Source: Chiloscyllium plagiosum
Lineage: Eukaryota
Assembly (NCBI RefSeq): GCF_004010195.1
Contig: NC_057759.1
Span: 4,144,301-4,208,300, forward strand
DNA length: 64,000 nucleotides
Reading direction: 5' to 3'
How positions within the stretch are numbered: the stretch's first letter is position 1; each line of letters starts with the position of its first letter. Below, piece by piece: positions 50,633 to 63,829 of this stretch. The notes beneath the pieces were generated by a model. The model was not told where the DNA came from. It did no database searches and worked only from the letters and a program-made list of their open reading frames with translations. The position numbers were made by a program, and so were the translations under genes.

Positions 50633-50980
50633 TGGGCGGCACGGTGGCACTGCTGCCTCACAGCGCCAGAGACCCGGATTCAATTCCCGCCTCAGGCGAC
50701 TGACTGTGTGGAGTTTGCACGTTCTCCCCGTGTCTGCGTGGGTTTCCTCCGGGTGCTCCGGTTTCCTCCCACAGTCCAAAGATGTGCAGGGTCAGGTGAA
50801 TTGGCCATACTAAATTGCCCTTAGTGTTAGGTAAGGGGTATATGTAGGGGTATGGGTGGGTTGCGCTTCGGCGGGTTCTTGTGGACTTTTTGGGCCGAAG
50901 GGCCTGTTTCCACACTGTAATCTAATCTAATCTAATCTAATCTAATCTAATCTAATCTAATCTAATCTAATCTAATCTAA
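50633..50980 (+). mobile_element. HE1-type SINE with expanded (TCTAA)n tail
   Basis: Full SINE; about 12 pentamer units at 50918-50980. Confidence 0.93.
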
Positions 50981-51029
50981 ATAACTTCAGACACAGCTTG
51001 TCAAAATGTGGCATTCGTTGTGAACTTAC

Positions 51030-51056
51030 CATAAACTGGTTCACTCAATCTGTCAA
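51030..51056 (-). other. Candidate 27-nt mini-exon (phase 1-1)
   Basis: cattttgttcag|TTGACAGATTGAGTGAACCAGTTTATG|gtaagt; only phase 1 is open: xDRLSEPVY. Confidence 0.5.
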
Positions 51057-52469
51057 CTGAACAAAATGACTAGGTAGTTAGAAGCCTTTAGGACATGGGA
51101 ACAGAAATGGATGATTTGGCTCCTCGAACTTATTCAAGCATTCATGAGGATCATAGCTGATCCATCATTTCACACATACATTTTCCTAGTCTTTCCCTTG
51201 ATTCCATGACTGATTAACCATCTATCTGTCCTAAATTTCAATATACACAAGAATTCTGCTCTCACAGTTATCTGTGGCAGGAAGTTCCAAAGACTCACAA
51301 CTCTCTAAGAGAAGAAATTCCTTCCCATATCAGTCTTAACTTAGCACTGCTTAATCATGAGATTGTGCCACAGAGCTTTACCAAGACAATACCCTGAGCC
51401 ATTCGTGCTGTGTAAAACTGAAACAATATCTGCCATTTGAATTCATTCAGAATTAGTGGCTGCATTCTGAATTGCAACAACTCTGCAAACCATAATCTAC
51501 TTGCTGAGCAATCAAGCAACTCCTCTCTTTCAGGATAAATTTTGTTCTTCATGAGGATTATCTTTGAGGATGAGTGAAATTTGCTCTGAAACACTTTGAA
51601 ACATTTTCGCTAAATGAAATTGGAGGAGTTAATTCCTGGATTATTTCTACTGAGAAAAATCACAGGAACTTGGAAAGTAAGAGCTGGAGGAGGTAATATG
51701 TCCCTTTAAGCCTGATCCACCATTCAGCAAGATCAAGGCTGTCATTGACTTCAACACGCTGCCGCCAATCCCACTCCCAATCCCCTCAAACCCATCCGTG
51801 ATATACCATGGTACCTTTAGACACAACAGTTACATTAACCTCCTTCTTCAAAACACACAATGCTTTGCCCTCAGCTACTTTCTGAAGTAGTGAATGCGAC
51901 AAGGTCAACACTCTCTGTGCGAAGACATTTCTCCTCCTCTAAATTCCAAAAGTATAATCACTCCCTCGGTCATCGAGAATGTCTTTCCTGCATCCAACCT
52001 ATTGACCTCTCTTAGAATTTTAAAGATTTCTATGAGAAGCCGCACTCTCCCTCGTTCTTCTTTGCTCCCGTGAATGTAATCCATACTTACTCAATCTTTC
52101 CTCATCTGTAAGTCCAGGCACTCCAGGAATTAGTCTGTGAACTTTTTAGTACACTCCCTCTGTCGTAACAACATCCTTGTTCAGATGGATGTCAAAGCTA
52201 TGCATAATATTCATGGGTGCCCAATGAAGCAAGACATCCTTGTTGTGAAGGCAAGGATACAGTTTGTTTTCTTTCTTATGTGTTGCACCTGCAATGCACA
52301 CTTTCAGTAACTTGTGTACAAGCCTGTTTTAACATTCCATTCTCTGATCACAGCCAATCAGATAATAATCTGTTTTCCTATTTTTGCTGCCAGATTGCAC
52401 ACCTGCTTTTGCTGTCAAAATTTACCCAGACTTTAAATGCGATCTGTCAGCACGTACTTGACACAGATT

Positions 52470-53350
52470 TTAGGAGGCATAGATGGAAAGTTTGCAGATG
52501 ACACCAAAATTGAAGGTGTAATGGAAAACGAAGAAGATTACCTCAGAGTACAATTAAATCTTGGCCAGATGGGCCAATGGACTAAGGAGTGGCAGATGGA
52601 GATTAATTTAGATAAATGTGGAATGCTGCATTTTGGAAAGGCAAATAAGAGCAGGATTCATGCACTTATTGATAAGTTCCTAGGGCGTGCTGCTGAACAA
52701 AGAGACATTGGTTCATAGATCCTTGAAAGTGGAGTCACAGATAGAATGGTGAATAAGGGATTTAGTGTGCTTTTCTTTAGTGGTGGAGCATTGAGTATAG
52801 GAGTTCGAAAGCCATGTTGCGGCTGTACAGGATATCAATTAGGTCACTTTTGGAACATTGCGTGCAATTCTTGTCTCCCTCCTATCAGAAGGATTTTGTG
52901 AAACTTGTAAGGGTTCAGAAAAGATTTACAAGCATGTTGCCAGAGTTTGAATAGGCTGGGACTGTTTGCCCTGGAACATTGGAGGCTGAGGGGTGATCTT
53001 ATGGATGTTAGTAGAATCATGAGGGGCATGGATAGTATAAGTAGATAAGGTCTTTTCCCAGGGGTGGGGGAGTCCAGAACTCGAGGGCATAGATTTAGGT
53101 TGACAGGGGAAAGATTTAAAAGGGATCTAAGGGACAGCATTTTCATAAAGAGGGTCGTGCATATATGGAATGATCTGCCAGAGCAAATGGTGGAGGCTGG
53201 TACAATTACAGCATTTAAAAAACATCTGGATGGGTGTATGAATAGGGAGGGTTTAGAGAGATATGGGCCAAGTGCTGGCAAAGGGACCAGACTAAGTAAG
53301 GATATATGGTCGGCATGGACGAGTTGGGCTACATGGTCAGTTTACATGCT
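52470..53350 (+). mobile_element. CR1 3' region
   Basis: KFADDTKI, EWQME, RTRGHRF motifs. Confidence 0.88.
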
Positions 53351-53565
53351 GGATGTGATAAATTCGAGAAAGAAACGAAAATCAAACATGGTGCCAGGTG
53401 CAGAATTGAGGAAATCACTCCCTCTTTGACTGTATTGATTTAAATAAAACTGCATTAGGCTCCAAATAACTCTTCTGTGCTGCATGATACTGCAGTGAGG
53501 TTACGATCTATAATTCTACAATCGTTACACTGGAAGTGGTGAGGTTGGGGAGGGTGACAGTAACC

Positions 53566-53567
<2 letters not shown>

Positions 53568-53610
<43 letters not shown>
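53568..53610 (+). repeat. (GT)n microsatellite abutting a gap
   Basis: Direct observation. Confidence 0.95.
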
Positions 53611-53613
<3 letters not shown>

Positions 53614-54994
53614 NNNNNNNNNNNNNNNNNNNNNNNNNNNNNNNNNNNNNNNNNNNNNNNNNNNNNNNNNNNNNNNNNNNNNNNNNNNNNNNNNNNNNNN
53701 NTCCCACTGTCAGTCAAAGCTAATTTGTTTTTTTCTCAGTGCTAAATACGACCTCAAAGATTGGAGCTTGTGCCGGGGCATTTTTCTCCCTCTCAGCTGT
53801 AAGCAACAGGCAATTGCAATAGGATCATCACTTAATTGTAGGTATCCCATAGGTGTTGAGATGTTGCCTCCAATGAAACATTCCTTCTGTCAAGGGTGAC
53901 ACATGATGAATGTTGCACAGTGTCCTCACACTTCTTAAAACAAAGTTCTGCCTATTGCACACTGCGGAGTGAGATACAATTCCAAGGAGCACTGATATGT
54001 ACCCATCTGGAATACAAATACGGTTTTATTTCCTTGTACATTTTCTCTTAATTTGTTGCAATTGCAACACTGCCTTGATGTATCTTGTGAGAAAGAAACT
54101 CTGCTGTGTGGGTGCGAGATTAAAACTTTAAAAAGAGGCCAGTGTCCAAACGAAGAAATTGTGTGCAAACTTCGTCATATGATTTACACACTCTGTATAG
54201 GAGAGGCGATTGGAGAAGCTGCCAGCTGCAAGACTGTTTCTTTTCTGGGAAGCATCCACACCTGTCTGTCTTCTTGACACGGGGCATGAAGTGAAACATT
54301 AGTTGGATTCTTCCATTCCACCAAAACAGCATTGTAAATAACTCAGAAAATGATTTATCATGTATTTGGATTCTTACACAAATTCAATAGGAAGCAGTGT
54401 CAGATGGCATAACCTTCACTGCATTGGTCGATTGGTAATTCAACAGTGTTGCTCTACTGAATTCATTGTTATCGAATTAATGCATTGTTTTACACAAGGG
54501 CGTAAAATTTAACATTTGTGGTTTGAACTTAATTTTACGTCAATCTCACTGGAGGTATCTCCATTCTTAACATTATGTTTGGCAACATAATCCGTGCAAT
54601 TAATAATTGAACTTTTATTCTCCAATGTGTAGTTGTATGAAGATAAGAAAGGAGGTCATACACATTAAATTAAGGCTCAGGAATTAGTGTTAATGAAATA
54701 GTGCAATTTTGACAGATCTCCACTCTCTTGTGAAAAATGTCGTGAGACATTTTAAGCAGCAAATGTCAAATCAATTTGTCTGTTTATCCATCTATCCATT
54801 TTCAGATGCGTTATTTCTTCAACTGAATTCCAACTTACTTGGATTTTGCAAGAAAAAACATAAAAGTTGCCGTGCCATATTTACAGGCCAGAGTTAAGTA
54901 AAAATATATTGAAGCTGTCAGTTATAGAAACACTAATAAGTCCGATATCTTCACTGGACATAGCTTCACTATGAGACTTGACAAAATCGAGTCA

Positions 54995-55800
54995 AAGAGT
55001 TATTGAGTCATGCAGTATGGAATCAGACCCTTTTAGAGTCTTAGAATCCTACAGCACGGAGACAGGCTCTTTCACCCAGACTGGTCCATGCCAATCAAAA
55101 TGTCATTCCATGCTCACCCTATTTCACCTGCACTTGACTCATATTCTTCTAATCTTTTCGTCTTCATGTATTTGTCCAAATGCTTCTTTACATATTAATA
55201 ATGTAACTGCTTCAACCACTTCTGCTGGTAGTTTAAGGCTCGAGGGGAACGAATGAAAAGAGACTTAGGGCAACTTTTTTCTTTTAGATAGAGGTTTACT
55301 AAACTGGAAAGAGTGCACAAGAAATTTGCAAGGATATTGCCTGGACTCAATGGTCTGAGTTATAACGAGAAGTTGGACAAGCTAAGTCATCTTTTTTCTC
55401 TCAAGCTTAGAAGACTGAGGGGGGAATCTTCTCGGAGTGTATAAGATCATGAAAGACATGGATAGAGTGAATATACTCAGTTTTTCCCCCAGGCTTGGGG
55501 AATCGTGGACGAGAGGCCATCAGTTTAAGGTTAGAGATAAAGAGTAAAAGGGAAGCTGAGGGGGAAAGTAATTTTGTGCGGAGGCTTGTACTTGATTTGC
55601 ATATGGAATGAGCTGCTAATGAAAGTTATTGAGGCAGGTCCACTGACAAGCTTTAAAAGGCAAATGGATAAATACTCGGATAGGAAAAGATTAGAAGAAT
55701 CTGGGCCAAAAGCATGGAAAAGGTGTTTGCATGGACAGACATTTTGGTCGGCATGGACCACTTTGTTCCAAAGGGCCTGCCTCTGTGCGGTAGAACTATT
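54995..55800. mobile_element. CR1 3' fragments (minus ~54995-55230, plus ~55290-55800)
   Basis: Similarity to CR1 RT C-terminus and 3' UTR. Confidence 0.75.
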
Positions 55801-55991
55801 GAAGATAAGAAAGGATGTCATGCACAGTAAAGCAAGGCTCAGGAATTAGTGTTAATGAACTAGTGCAATTTTGACGACTGTGCACTCTCTTGTGAAAAAT
55901 GACGTGAAACATTTTAAGCAGCAAATGTCATATCAATCTCTCTATTGAAGGAATATGACACTTTTATCTTTGTCTAGTTTCTTTTCCCCAT

Positions 55992-57114
55992 TGGAATAAT
56001 GTCAGGAGCTGGATCTCATAGAATATGAGTTCTCCGATTGGACCTCTTGACCTGGTGCTCTCAGTGTGACGTGACTGACAGATATAAACAGGAATGTCAG
56101 GGGCTCTGCTCGCTCTAGCAGCTGGCTCAATGCTAGCTGGGTCAGTGACATGTACAATGCATGCGTAACTAAAAGGGAACTTGCCAATGTGATACCGGCC
56201 TTTGTGGAGTTATTTCGTGGGGATGACAGAAAAAAAAACATGCAACTTATGTGCTCCGGTTTCCTCCCACAGTCCAAAGATGTGCGGGTCAGGTGAATTG
56301 GCCATGCTAAATTGCCTGTAGTGTTAGGTTAAAGGGGTAAATGTAGGGGTATGGGTGGGTTGCGCTTCGGCGGGTCGGTGTGGACTTGTTGGGCCGAAGG
56401 GCCTGTTTCCACACTGTAAGTAATCTAATATAATCTAATCTAATCTTATGCGATTCAATCATAATCGTTGACGTTGAATTGGGGTAAACATTTCTGGTAT
56501 CATGCCACTGTTTGAGAAGCTTGACTTCCTCCATTCTGCTGAGGAAGACTGGTCCAGTATGTGGAAAGAATCCGTTATGTTTATGGGCAAATGACATTGG
56601 GGCAGACAAAAGCAAAGAATAATTCTCCTGACAGCAGGTGGACCCTCCCACTCCATCAAGCATTGAAGATGCTTTCCAATAGAAGATACACATAGCAGAT
56701 ATCACTGCCTCGAAAATCTTTCTGCCTGAAGTGGAGAATGAATTTCTTCCAACATCCTTCGCACACAAGATGTAAGGTACTGTGCATTACACAGCAAACC
56801 ATATCAAACACAAAGTTGGAGGAACTTGACCTGCTGTTAAAACGCCCCAAGAGGAGCTACAGGGGAAAAGAAAGCACCAGTCTATGTCCTCGGAAGCAGG
56901 CAGAGGTCAGAAAGGTGAACCTCACAGAATAAGAGTTCCCTGATTGGGGCTGTTCAACTGGTCCACTCAGGAAGCCTTGGCGGAAAGATACAAACATGAG
57001 TAGCAGGGATTTTGCTCGATCTGAGAGCTGACTCTGAGGGAATGTCAAGGATTTTTCACGAGTGAACAAAGGGTGAAATTGATGGAGGGACACCGGCCTT
57101 TGTGGAGTTATTTG
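55992..57114 (+). mobile_element. Internally deleted Gypsy element (LTR-PBS-gag start-3' end-LTR) with a nested truncated HE1 SINE (56251-56445)
   Basis: Two ~210-225-bp LTR-like repeats ending ccggcctttgtggagttattt; PBS-like gtggggatgac; gag start MPLFEKLD..EEDW..YVERI..ILLTAGG at ~56503-56645; same family as 14803-18690. Confidence 0.75.
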
Positions 57115-57570
57115 TCCCTTGTTATTAACTCTTCGTCGAAGGGGAACAGCTGCTTCCTATCACCCCATCCATGCCCCTCATAATCTTATACAAATCTATC
57201 GGGTTCCCCATAACCTTCGCTGCTCGAAAGAAAACAAGACAAACTTATCCAGCCTCCCAACATTACTGAAATGCTCCATCCCAGACAACATAATGGGGAA
57301 TCTCATCTGCACCCCCTCCAGTGCAATCACTTTCTTCCTAAAGTGTGGAGACTGGAACTGCACACCGTGCTGCAGCTGTGGCCTCCTGAAATTTCTGTCA
57401 AGCTCCAACGTCACCTCCACACTCTTATAATCTGTGACTTATATGATATAGGAAATTGGCCCTTCTTCATTCTTAACCGCCCGATGAACCAGTCCTGTCA
57501 CCTTCAGGGCTCTATGGACAATCACGCCAAGAACCCTTCATTTCTATGAGCTTCCGAGTGCTTGGCCATT
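57115..57570 (-). mobile_element. CR1 3' fragment
   Basis: RPQLQHGVQFQSPHFRKKVIALEGVQ motif. Confidence 0.8.
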
Positions 57571-57825
57571 AAATTCACTGATCTCTCAATCTGGGATTGC
57601 CAAGGTTGTAAAACAACATTGTGTTCATTCATACATACACCTTCATAATCTGAATGAGTGGACTGGGAGGTTTCGAACTACTTGATAATGGACAGATGGA
57701 GATATATTGGAGGCAGTTCAGAGAGGTTCGCTAGAGTGCTCCCAGAGGCGAAGGATTTATCTTTGGAAGAAAGATTGAGCAGTTTAGGTCAATATTTTCT
57801 GAAGTTGCGAGAATGACAGGAGATG

Positions 57826-58132
57826 AGATTACTTACAGTGTGGAAACAGGCCCTTCGGCCCAACAGGTCCATAACGCCCCGCCGAAGCGCAACCCACCCA
57901 TACATTTACCCCTTACCTAACACTACGGGCAATTTAGTATGGCCAATTCACTTGACCTGCACATCTTTGGACAGTGGGAGGAAACCGGAGCACCTGGAGG
58001 AAACCCACGCAGACACGGGGAGAACTTGCAAACTCCACACAGTCAGTCGCCTGAGGCGGGAATTGAACCCGGGTCTCTGGCGCTGTGAGGCAGCAGTGCT
58101 AACCACTGTGCCACTGTGCCACCATGCCGCCC
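57826..58132 (-). mobile_element. HE1-type SINE
   Basis: Full SINE sequence. Confidence 0.92.
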
Positions 58133-59124
58133 AGATCTAACAGAAGGATTTAACATGATAAAGAAGGGTTGACAAAAGAGACAGAGAAAGGATGTTTCCT
58201 CATGTGAGCCAATCGAGAATGGAAGTGTCAGTTTTTTCAGGAGAAGGGGGTTCGACAGATTGACAATTGAGATGAGAAGGAACGATCCCCTTTCACACAA
58301 AGAGCTGGACGCGATGGGGTGGTGGATACAGAAGAATGCATTTAAAGTGAGGTGAAAACGGAAGAATGTACAGTGGATGGGGAAATTAAGAAGAAATGTA
58401 TCCACTAAACAAGGAATTGAGGTCTGAAGTGCACACCCTTGGAAATGTGTGGCAGAGGCCTGCGCAATTTGAGAATACGAGTCAGACTGGGTGTCGAATA
58501 GAAGTCGGCTGTGGAGGGACCAAGCAGTTGTGGGGGAGAATGGGTGGTCGATAATTGAGCCCTTTGGTCTATGCAGGTGCGACGGGCTGAACGACCTTCT
58601 GTTGTTCCAACGACATGTCTGGGTCTCCGTCATTCGACCTCCTAGGACCTGTTCTCAGAACAGGATGCTCTAGTATCAGAAATCCCACCGTCCTCTTCTC
58701 GGGAATAAGGGTTTGGAGCGCCTTCCGCCTCCTATTGACATTTGTCAGATTTTAATATTGGCATCTTCCCATCTCAAAGGAGGGGAGAGAGAGAGAGAGA
58801 AACGGGGGTATGGGCACCCCGATGGAACAATTCTCTGAACTTTCCATTTCCACTAGGCCTTTACTACTCTTTGCATCATAACAAACATGCTGATTAGGGA
58901 AAGGAAATTCTAGCATTCTTATCTTTCAAGACTTCTGGTAAAACGTATTCACCACTTCCCCATTCTGTTTAACAATTCACAGATGTCTGAGCAAGTTTCT
59001 GTTATGGATCAGACAACATCCCCCAAAGTATATTATGGATATAGCCTAGGTCCTAGCTCGTTTTTGTAAATATTTTTAGAAAACCAAGAGTAAGGATTCT
59101 GTTCCAGATACGCATGACTTCATC

Positions 59125-59730
59125 AATCTAAGCATTGAGAGTAGAGTTCCGACGTCATGTTACTGCTATACAAGACATTGTTGAGGCACTATTTGTGGAG
59201 GTACTGTGTACAATTCTAATTTTCCTGCTATAGGAAAGATGCTATTAAACTGGGAAGGGTGCAGAAAAGATTTACAAGGATGATACTGGGATTGGAGGGT
59301 TTGAGTGAAAAGGAGAATTTGAAAATACTGGGATTTCTTTTCCTGGAGCATTGGATGTTGAGGGTGACTTTAAAATGACTTATAAGATAATGACGGCCAT
59401 TGATAAGGTGAATACCCAAGGATTTGTTTTTCCCAAGCGAGGGGAGTCCAAAACTAGAAGGCGTAGGTTTAAGTTGAGAGGGGAAAGATTTAGAGGCAAC
59501 TGAGAGACAACCTTTCATGCGGAAGGTAGTAACAGGCTGCCAGAGGAAGTAGTAAAGGTGGTTACCACTGTTCCACTTAAAAGACATTCGGGCAGGTACA
59601 TGAGTAAGAAAGGTTGGAGAATGTGAACTAAATGCAAGTAAATGGAACTAGTTTAGGTTGGGGAACCTGGCCAGCATGGATGAATTGGGCCAAAGGATCG
59701 GTTTCTGTGCTGTTTGATTCTCTGATTTTA
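59125..59730 (+). mobile_element. CR1 3' fragment
   Basis: RT C-terminal and 3' UTR similarity. Confidence 0.8.
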
Positions 59731-60979
59731 TGCGCTGGTAAGCTTCAACCAAAGCACACTTTATTCTGACAGCACTGTTAAAATATAACAGAAAGAAGAA
59801 TTGGTGTAAATTTACTCTTTCAATATACTTAACATGATAAAGTATTATTTAAAAACTAGTCGTCAAAGTTAGCAAAGTATGCATCATTGCATAAACACAC
59901 GACTGGGCAAAAATGCAATTCAACAACACAGCTATGCTGCTCACAAACTGCTCCTCTCTAGTCCAGGAGAAAGCAAAAATCATCCTGTTTTGATTTTTAA
60001 GAGCAATAACAATAACAGCAGACAGCTCAAGATTTTATTTCAGCAGCCAGCCAGCAGAAATCTTCAACTAAATGAATGCAAAACTGAAAACCTTCCTGGG
60101 TCTGTGTGAACCTGATTCTGCCCGCTCATATTTCTTTTTTGTCTAACGTTTAAACAAAACACTCAGAGAGAACTCGAAAGTCTTTTACCAACTGTCTGAT
60201 TCATGGTAACATTTTGTCACCACTGCAACAATGCCTCTCTGCAAGAAAAACAGCGCAGAACACATCTTTCTTAAAGCCACAGTACTGTGGCACTCCTGAC
60301 TTGTACATATCACTTTCTGCGATTTCAGATATGCGAGAGAGGATTCGTTGAGTGAGAGAGAGAGAGAGTGTGTGTTAGGCAATGTCTGGATTGGTTTCAG
60401 AGGGACTGCTCAGTCTGAGGGATTTGAGAGCAATTGGCGGTGTAGCCGTTGCTTTGGAAGGCAGGTCCAGAGAAGGTTCTCTCGGCTGATCCCAGGTACG
60501 GACGGACTGCCTGATGAGGGAGAGTTTGAGTTGGTTGGACTGTCCTCATGGAGTTTATAAGAATGGGAAATGACATTATTGAAGGTTCCTAGAGGGACCA
60601 ATTAAAGAGATGGGAAGAGAGATTACTTCCCGTTGTGTGAGAGTGTCTAGGAGCAGAGGGGCATCATCTCTGAATAATGTGGGAGTCACACGTTGAAGGC
60701 AGAGATGAGCCGGTATTCCATCTGTCCGAGGGTAGAGAAATTATCAGGAAAGGGAATGGAAGATGATGGTGGGGAGAAAGGTACTGGTGACTGAGTCCCA
60801 TTCCGATCTCTCACAGAGTCTTTGGCCAAGCCCACTACACTCCCGCTCCCCTGCCACCAGCAGAAACATACTTGTAGGAAACAGCAGACTGCCTCACTGA
60901 CTGAATACAACCCTGATGGGACAGGGCACTGTGATGGAGATCTTTTCTGCTCTCCTACTATTCGGTACATACCACTGGC

Positions 60980-60996
60980 TTTTTGTTCTCTCTCAC

Positions 60997-61047
<51 letters not shown>

Positions 61048-61260
61048 CACACACATACACAAACAAACTCACACACACACGCAAACACTCAACTCACACA
61101 AACTCTCACCCTCTCTCACATCTCTCTCTCACACACTGTCTCATACACACTCTCACACACTCTCAAACACTGTCTCTCCCTCTCATCCTCACACACTCTC
61201 CCTCACACAAAGATACACTCTGGATCACGCATACGTCCCTTTCACACATACGTTCGAGAG
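60980..61260 (+). repeat. (CT)n microsatellite and CA/CT-rich low-complexity tract
   Basis: Direct observation. Confidence 0.9.
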
Positions 61261-61434
61261 AAAAGGTGCAAGAAAAAAAAAATGTGTGAGAGAATATTTC
61301 TTTGGAAAGCCCCTCTGCTTTTCTTTGCAAGGTTCTTCCGACAGTGAGAGTGAATGGGATAAAGAGACGCTGAGCAATCTTGCTGGGGCCATTGGCTACA
61401 TTCTGTTAAGTTACTTGAATTTTGTCGAACTCAC

Positions 61435-61476
61435 CTTTGCAAATATGTTGCGCGTGATGCAACTTGATATGCAAAT
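61435..61476 (-). other. Candidate 42-nt mini-exon
   Basis: tcccttttgtctag|ATTTGCATATCAAGTTGCATCACGCGCAACATATTTGCAAAG|gtgagt; phase 1 reads DLHIKLHHAQHICK (all three frames open). Confidence 0.55.
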
Positions 61477-62130
61477 CTAGACAAAAGGGATTTGTATTTT
61501 TAGTGCACAAGTATATAAATGTTCTTTTGTGTGACAGTGAGAGGAGGAGAAATAATCAAGCGAGAGAGTGTGAAGAAAAGATTCCTGGGTGGGAGAGAGT
61601 GAGGCAGTTAGTCTAAGGGAGAATGTTTGGNNNNNNNNNNNNNNNNNNNNNNNNNNNNNNNNNNNNNNNNNNNNNNNNNNNNNNNNNNNNNNNNNNNNNN
61701 NNNNNNNNNNNNNNNNNNNNNNNNNNNNNNNNNNNNNNNNNNNNNNNNNNNNNNNNNNNNNNNNNNNNNNNNNNNNNNNNNNNNNNNNNNNNNNNNNNNN
61801 NNNNNNNNNNNNNNNNNNNNNNNNNNNNNNNNNNNNNNNNNNNNNNNNNNNNNNNNNNNNNNNNNNNNNNNNNNNNNNNNNNNNNNNNNNNNNNNNNNNN
61901 NNNNNNNNNNNNNNNNNNNNNNNNNNNNNNNNNNNNNNNNNNNNNNNNNNNNNNNNNNNNNNNNNNNNNNNNNNNNNNNNNNNNNNNNNNNNNNNNNNNN
62001 NNNNNNNNNNNNNNNNNNNNNNNNNNNNNNNNNNNNNNNNNNNNNNNNNNNNNNNNNNNNNNNNNNNNNNNNNNNNNNNNNNNNNNNNNNNNNNNNNNNN
62101 NNNNNNNNNNNNNNNNNNNNNNNNNNNNNN

Positions 62131-62286
62131 ATGTGCAGGTCAGGTGAATTGGTCATGTTAAATTGCCCATACTGTAAGGTGCATCATTCAGGGGAATGGG
62201 TCTGGATAGGTTACTCTTCGGAGAGTCGGCGTGGACTTGTTGGGCCGAAGCGCCCGTTTCCACACTGTAAATAATCTAAATCTAAT
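62131..62286 (+). mobile_element. HE1-type SINE 3' part after gap
   Basis: Core and tail. Confidence 0.85.
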
Positions 62287-62734
62287 CGACTCCGGATGTG
62301 GAAACCCCAGTCCCTTGTGCAGTTGCAGCAATAATTACTTAATTTCCATACTCCATTCCTTTCACAATAAGTGCCTTCCTTGTGACCTGCTGTAGCCTGT
62401 ACACTACTTTGAGATTCATGTACACTGACATTTTGAACTTTGTTTCCTATTCAGATGCTAACTTGCCTTTTTCAATTCTTCCAACTGCAATGGATAACCT
62501 CACCACTGATGGGACTGACCAACGCTCAGTTCAGTGTCTCATGGAAATTGAGAGCGTGTCCTCGATTTGAACTGTTGTGCTTTAGATTTGCAAACGAGTC
62601 AGACACAATGGTCCATTTGCTCCCATTTGTCTAAAAAATGTACAATTACTGGGTTTGCACCCCAGAATGATTTTCAGCCCATTCGGACAGTGTTTGAATG
62701 TTGCTACAAATTGCTAACCACCTCATTAACTTAC

Positions 62735-62765
62735 CTGTGCCGCTGGGAACAGCTGGAAGGATCAG
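62735..62765 (-). other. Candidate 31-nt mini-exon (18 nt if the internal AG is used)
   Basis: tttctttctctctcattttctccag|CTGATCCTTCCAG^CTGTTCCCAGCGGCACAG|gtaagt: very strong tract and consensus donor. Confidence 0.6.
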
Positions 62766-63049
62766 CTGGAGAAAATGAGAGAGAAAGAAAATGTTTTGAC
62801 TGTAAATATTCAGCGTCACCTGCTATCAAATGAATCAGGATTCCTTGACTGATGCACAAGCAACAATTATTCCAATTTTAATCTTTAGTTTATATCTGTG
62901 CTGACCATTCCTCTGAACACAACACATTACTTTGTATGTCTCCTCAAGTAATTTCATCTGCCACTTGTTCAGCCTACCCACATCCTCACAAAGCATGTTC
63001 CCACAGTGTTTTATTTTTAAAAAATTTCACTGTGGAATTGTGGGTTGTG

Positions 63050-63490
63050 GAAATCACTGGCTGGGCCGTGAATGTATTATCCATCCCTCGTTGGCCCCTT
63101 GAGAAGGAGGTAGTGAGCTGCCTTCTTGAACCATTGCAGTCCCTTTGCTATAGGTAGATCCACAATACCATTAGAGAGGGAAGTCCAGGATGTTGACCCA
63201 GCAACACTAAATGAACAGCTGATATATTTCCAAGCTGGGATGGTGATTTGCTCAGGGGGAAACATGTATTCTCATGTACCTGTTGTCCTTGCCCTTCTCG
63301 ATGGAAGTGTTTGTGGGTTTGGAAGGTGCTGCCTGAGGAACTTTTGTGAATTTCTGCAGTGCATCTCACAGATGGTACACACTGCTACTGAGCATGGGTG
63401 GTGGAGAGAGTGGATGTTTGTGGATGTGGTGCCAATTAAGCAGGGGCTATGTTGTCTCTGGATGGTGTTCGGCTTCTCAAGTGTTGTCTA
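63050..63490 (-). mobile_element. CR1/L2-group LINE 3' end (second family)
   Basis: Matches 22580-22990 and 37060-37450. Confidence 0.75.
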
Positions 63491-63771
63491 CAAGGTACAC
63501 TGCAGAAGTGAGTGAGTGTCTGTGCGTGCACATGAAAGCATATGTGTGTGTGTGTGTGTCAAAGAGAATGTCTGTGTTTCTCTCTCACACACATGCACAC
63601 CTTCATACTCTCACTCAAATACACTCGCACTCATGCTCTCTCATGCACATACACATACACTCTCTGTGAACAACATTAGTTGAAACCCACGTTGAGTCCC
63701 AACTGGAGAACTATCACCATTGTTACCTGCTGGAGTGTCTCACCCACATAGCTTCCCATTAAACTCCAGAC

Positions 63772-63829
63772 CAGGAAACAATGTGATGAGAGAAAGGATC
63801 AGAAACAGGGGGACAATGAGTGCTGCCAT
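63772..63829 (-). CDS. Signal-peptide (leader) exon of a secreted or membrane protein gene
   Basis: gagATGG Kozak context; MAALIVPLFLILSLITLFP(G). Donor uncertain: G|gtctgg at 63772, decayed G|ggaagc at 63757, or GG|gtgaga at 63744. Confidence 0.55.

Noticed and set aside
53740..54893. Two plus-strand exon-like segments (53740-53798 and from 54806)
   Set aside because: No recognisable product or supporting neighbours; second donor non-consensus
59000..60292. Possible solo LTR split by a CR1
   Set aside because: TG...CA ends are plausible, but no second copy, TSD or internal sequence could be confirmed
60686..61480. ORFs with poly-ER/SL/HT tracts
   Set aside because: Translations of microsatellite and low-complexity DNA
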